Part shown: positions 6,018-6,143 of the stretch, piece by piece
Position numbering within the stretch: position 1 is the first letter of the stretch
Layout of the letters: every line of letters starts with the position of its first letter
Assembly (NCBI GenBank): GCA_016840425.1
Contig: JAEOSI010000141.1
Location: 1 to 6,143, forward strand
From: Candidatus Wukongarchaeum yapensis
GTDB lineage: Archaea > Asgardarchaeota > Wukongarchaeia > Wukongarchaeales > Wukongarchaeaceae
Direction of reading: 5' to 3'
DNA length: 6,143 nucleotides
Notes under the pieces: model-generated
What the model saw: the letters and a program-made list of their open reading frames with translations, nothing else
Told to the model about the DNA's origin: nothing
Databases searched by the model: none
Program-made: the position numbers and the translations under genes

Positions 6018-6037
6018 TTATCTCGCTCCCTGCAAAC
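5930..6037 (+). ncRNA. Structured 3' end of element 2 (omega-RNA-like core plus flanking guide); the 5' limit is unknown
   Basis: Stem 5948-5982 (about 15 bp with G-T pairs and one bulge, TCCG loop), right-end hairpin 5990-6009, and GTGAACT (5935-5941) perfectly complementary to the terminal AGTTCAC (6011-6017). Guide would be TTATCTCGCTCCCTGCAAAC. Confidence 0.45.
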
Positions 6038-6056
6038 TAAAATCTAATAATTTTCC

Positions 6057-6088
6057 ATTTTATTGATTATTTCTTCTATTTTATTGAT
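6057..6088. repeat. 11-bp direct repeat ATTTTATTGAT x2 with 21-bp period
   Basis: Exact copies at 6057-6067 and 6078-6088 in intergenic DNA upstream of a strong SD. Confidence 0.5.
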
Positions 6089-6120
6089 GTTTTTCCACCA
6101 TTTTCCTTCACTATAGGTTA

Positions 6121-6128
6121 GGAGGTGA
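6121..6128 (+). promoter_or_regulatory. Strong archaeal Shine-Dalgarno motif for a gene starting at or beyond the right edge
   Basis: GGAGGTGA followed by GAGGAGG and a TTG at 6139-6141. The gene itself is not visible. Confidence 0.5.
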
Positions 6129-6143
6129 ACGAGGAGGGTTGAA

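Noticed and set aside
5546-6024. TTATCTC at 5546-5552 and 6018-6024 as a target-site duplication
   Set aside because: This family makes no duplications, and the left copy straddles the boundary fixed by the AAGA:TTAT pairing. Treated as coincidence unless empty-site data show otherwise.

Overview
Archaeal-type, AT-rich chromosomal window. Left (minus strand): an XPB/Rad25-family SF2 helicase with an N-terminal extension, then an uncharacterised COG1665-like nucleotidyltransferase; no Bax1 partner gene is in the window. Right (plus strand): a four-CBS-domain protein resembling MJ1225/AMPK-gamma and a YdjM/DUF457-like membrane metal-dependent hydrolase. Two non-autonomous IS200/IS605 derivatives sit in the intergenic gaps. 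Element 1 (3474-3741, minus, 268 bp) has no protein gene but keeps both ends, a promoter-like motif and an apparently intact TnpB omega-RNA-like scaffold ending at a guide boundary. Element 2 (5550-6017, plus, 468 bp) is an internally deleted, frameshifted tnpB with both ends. All four element boundaries fit the IS608-type guide/cleavage-site pairing rule. A small Cys-motif ORF (3119-3391) may extend past its amber codon into the insertion site of element 1. All family calls come from motif recognition; no database searches were run.
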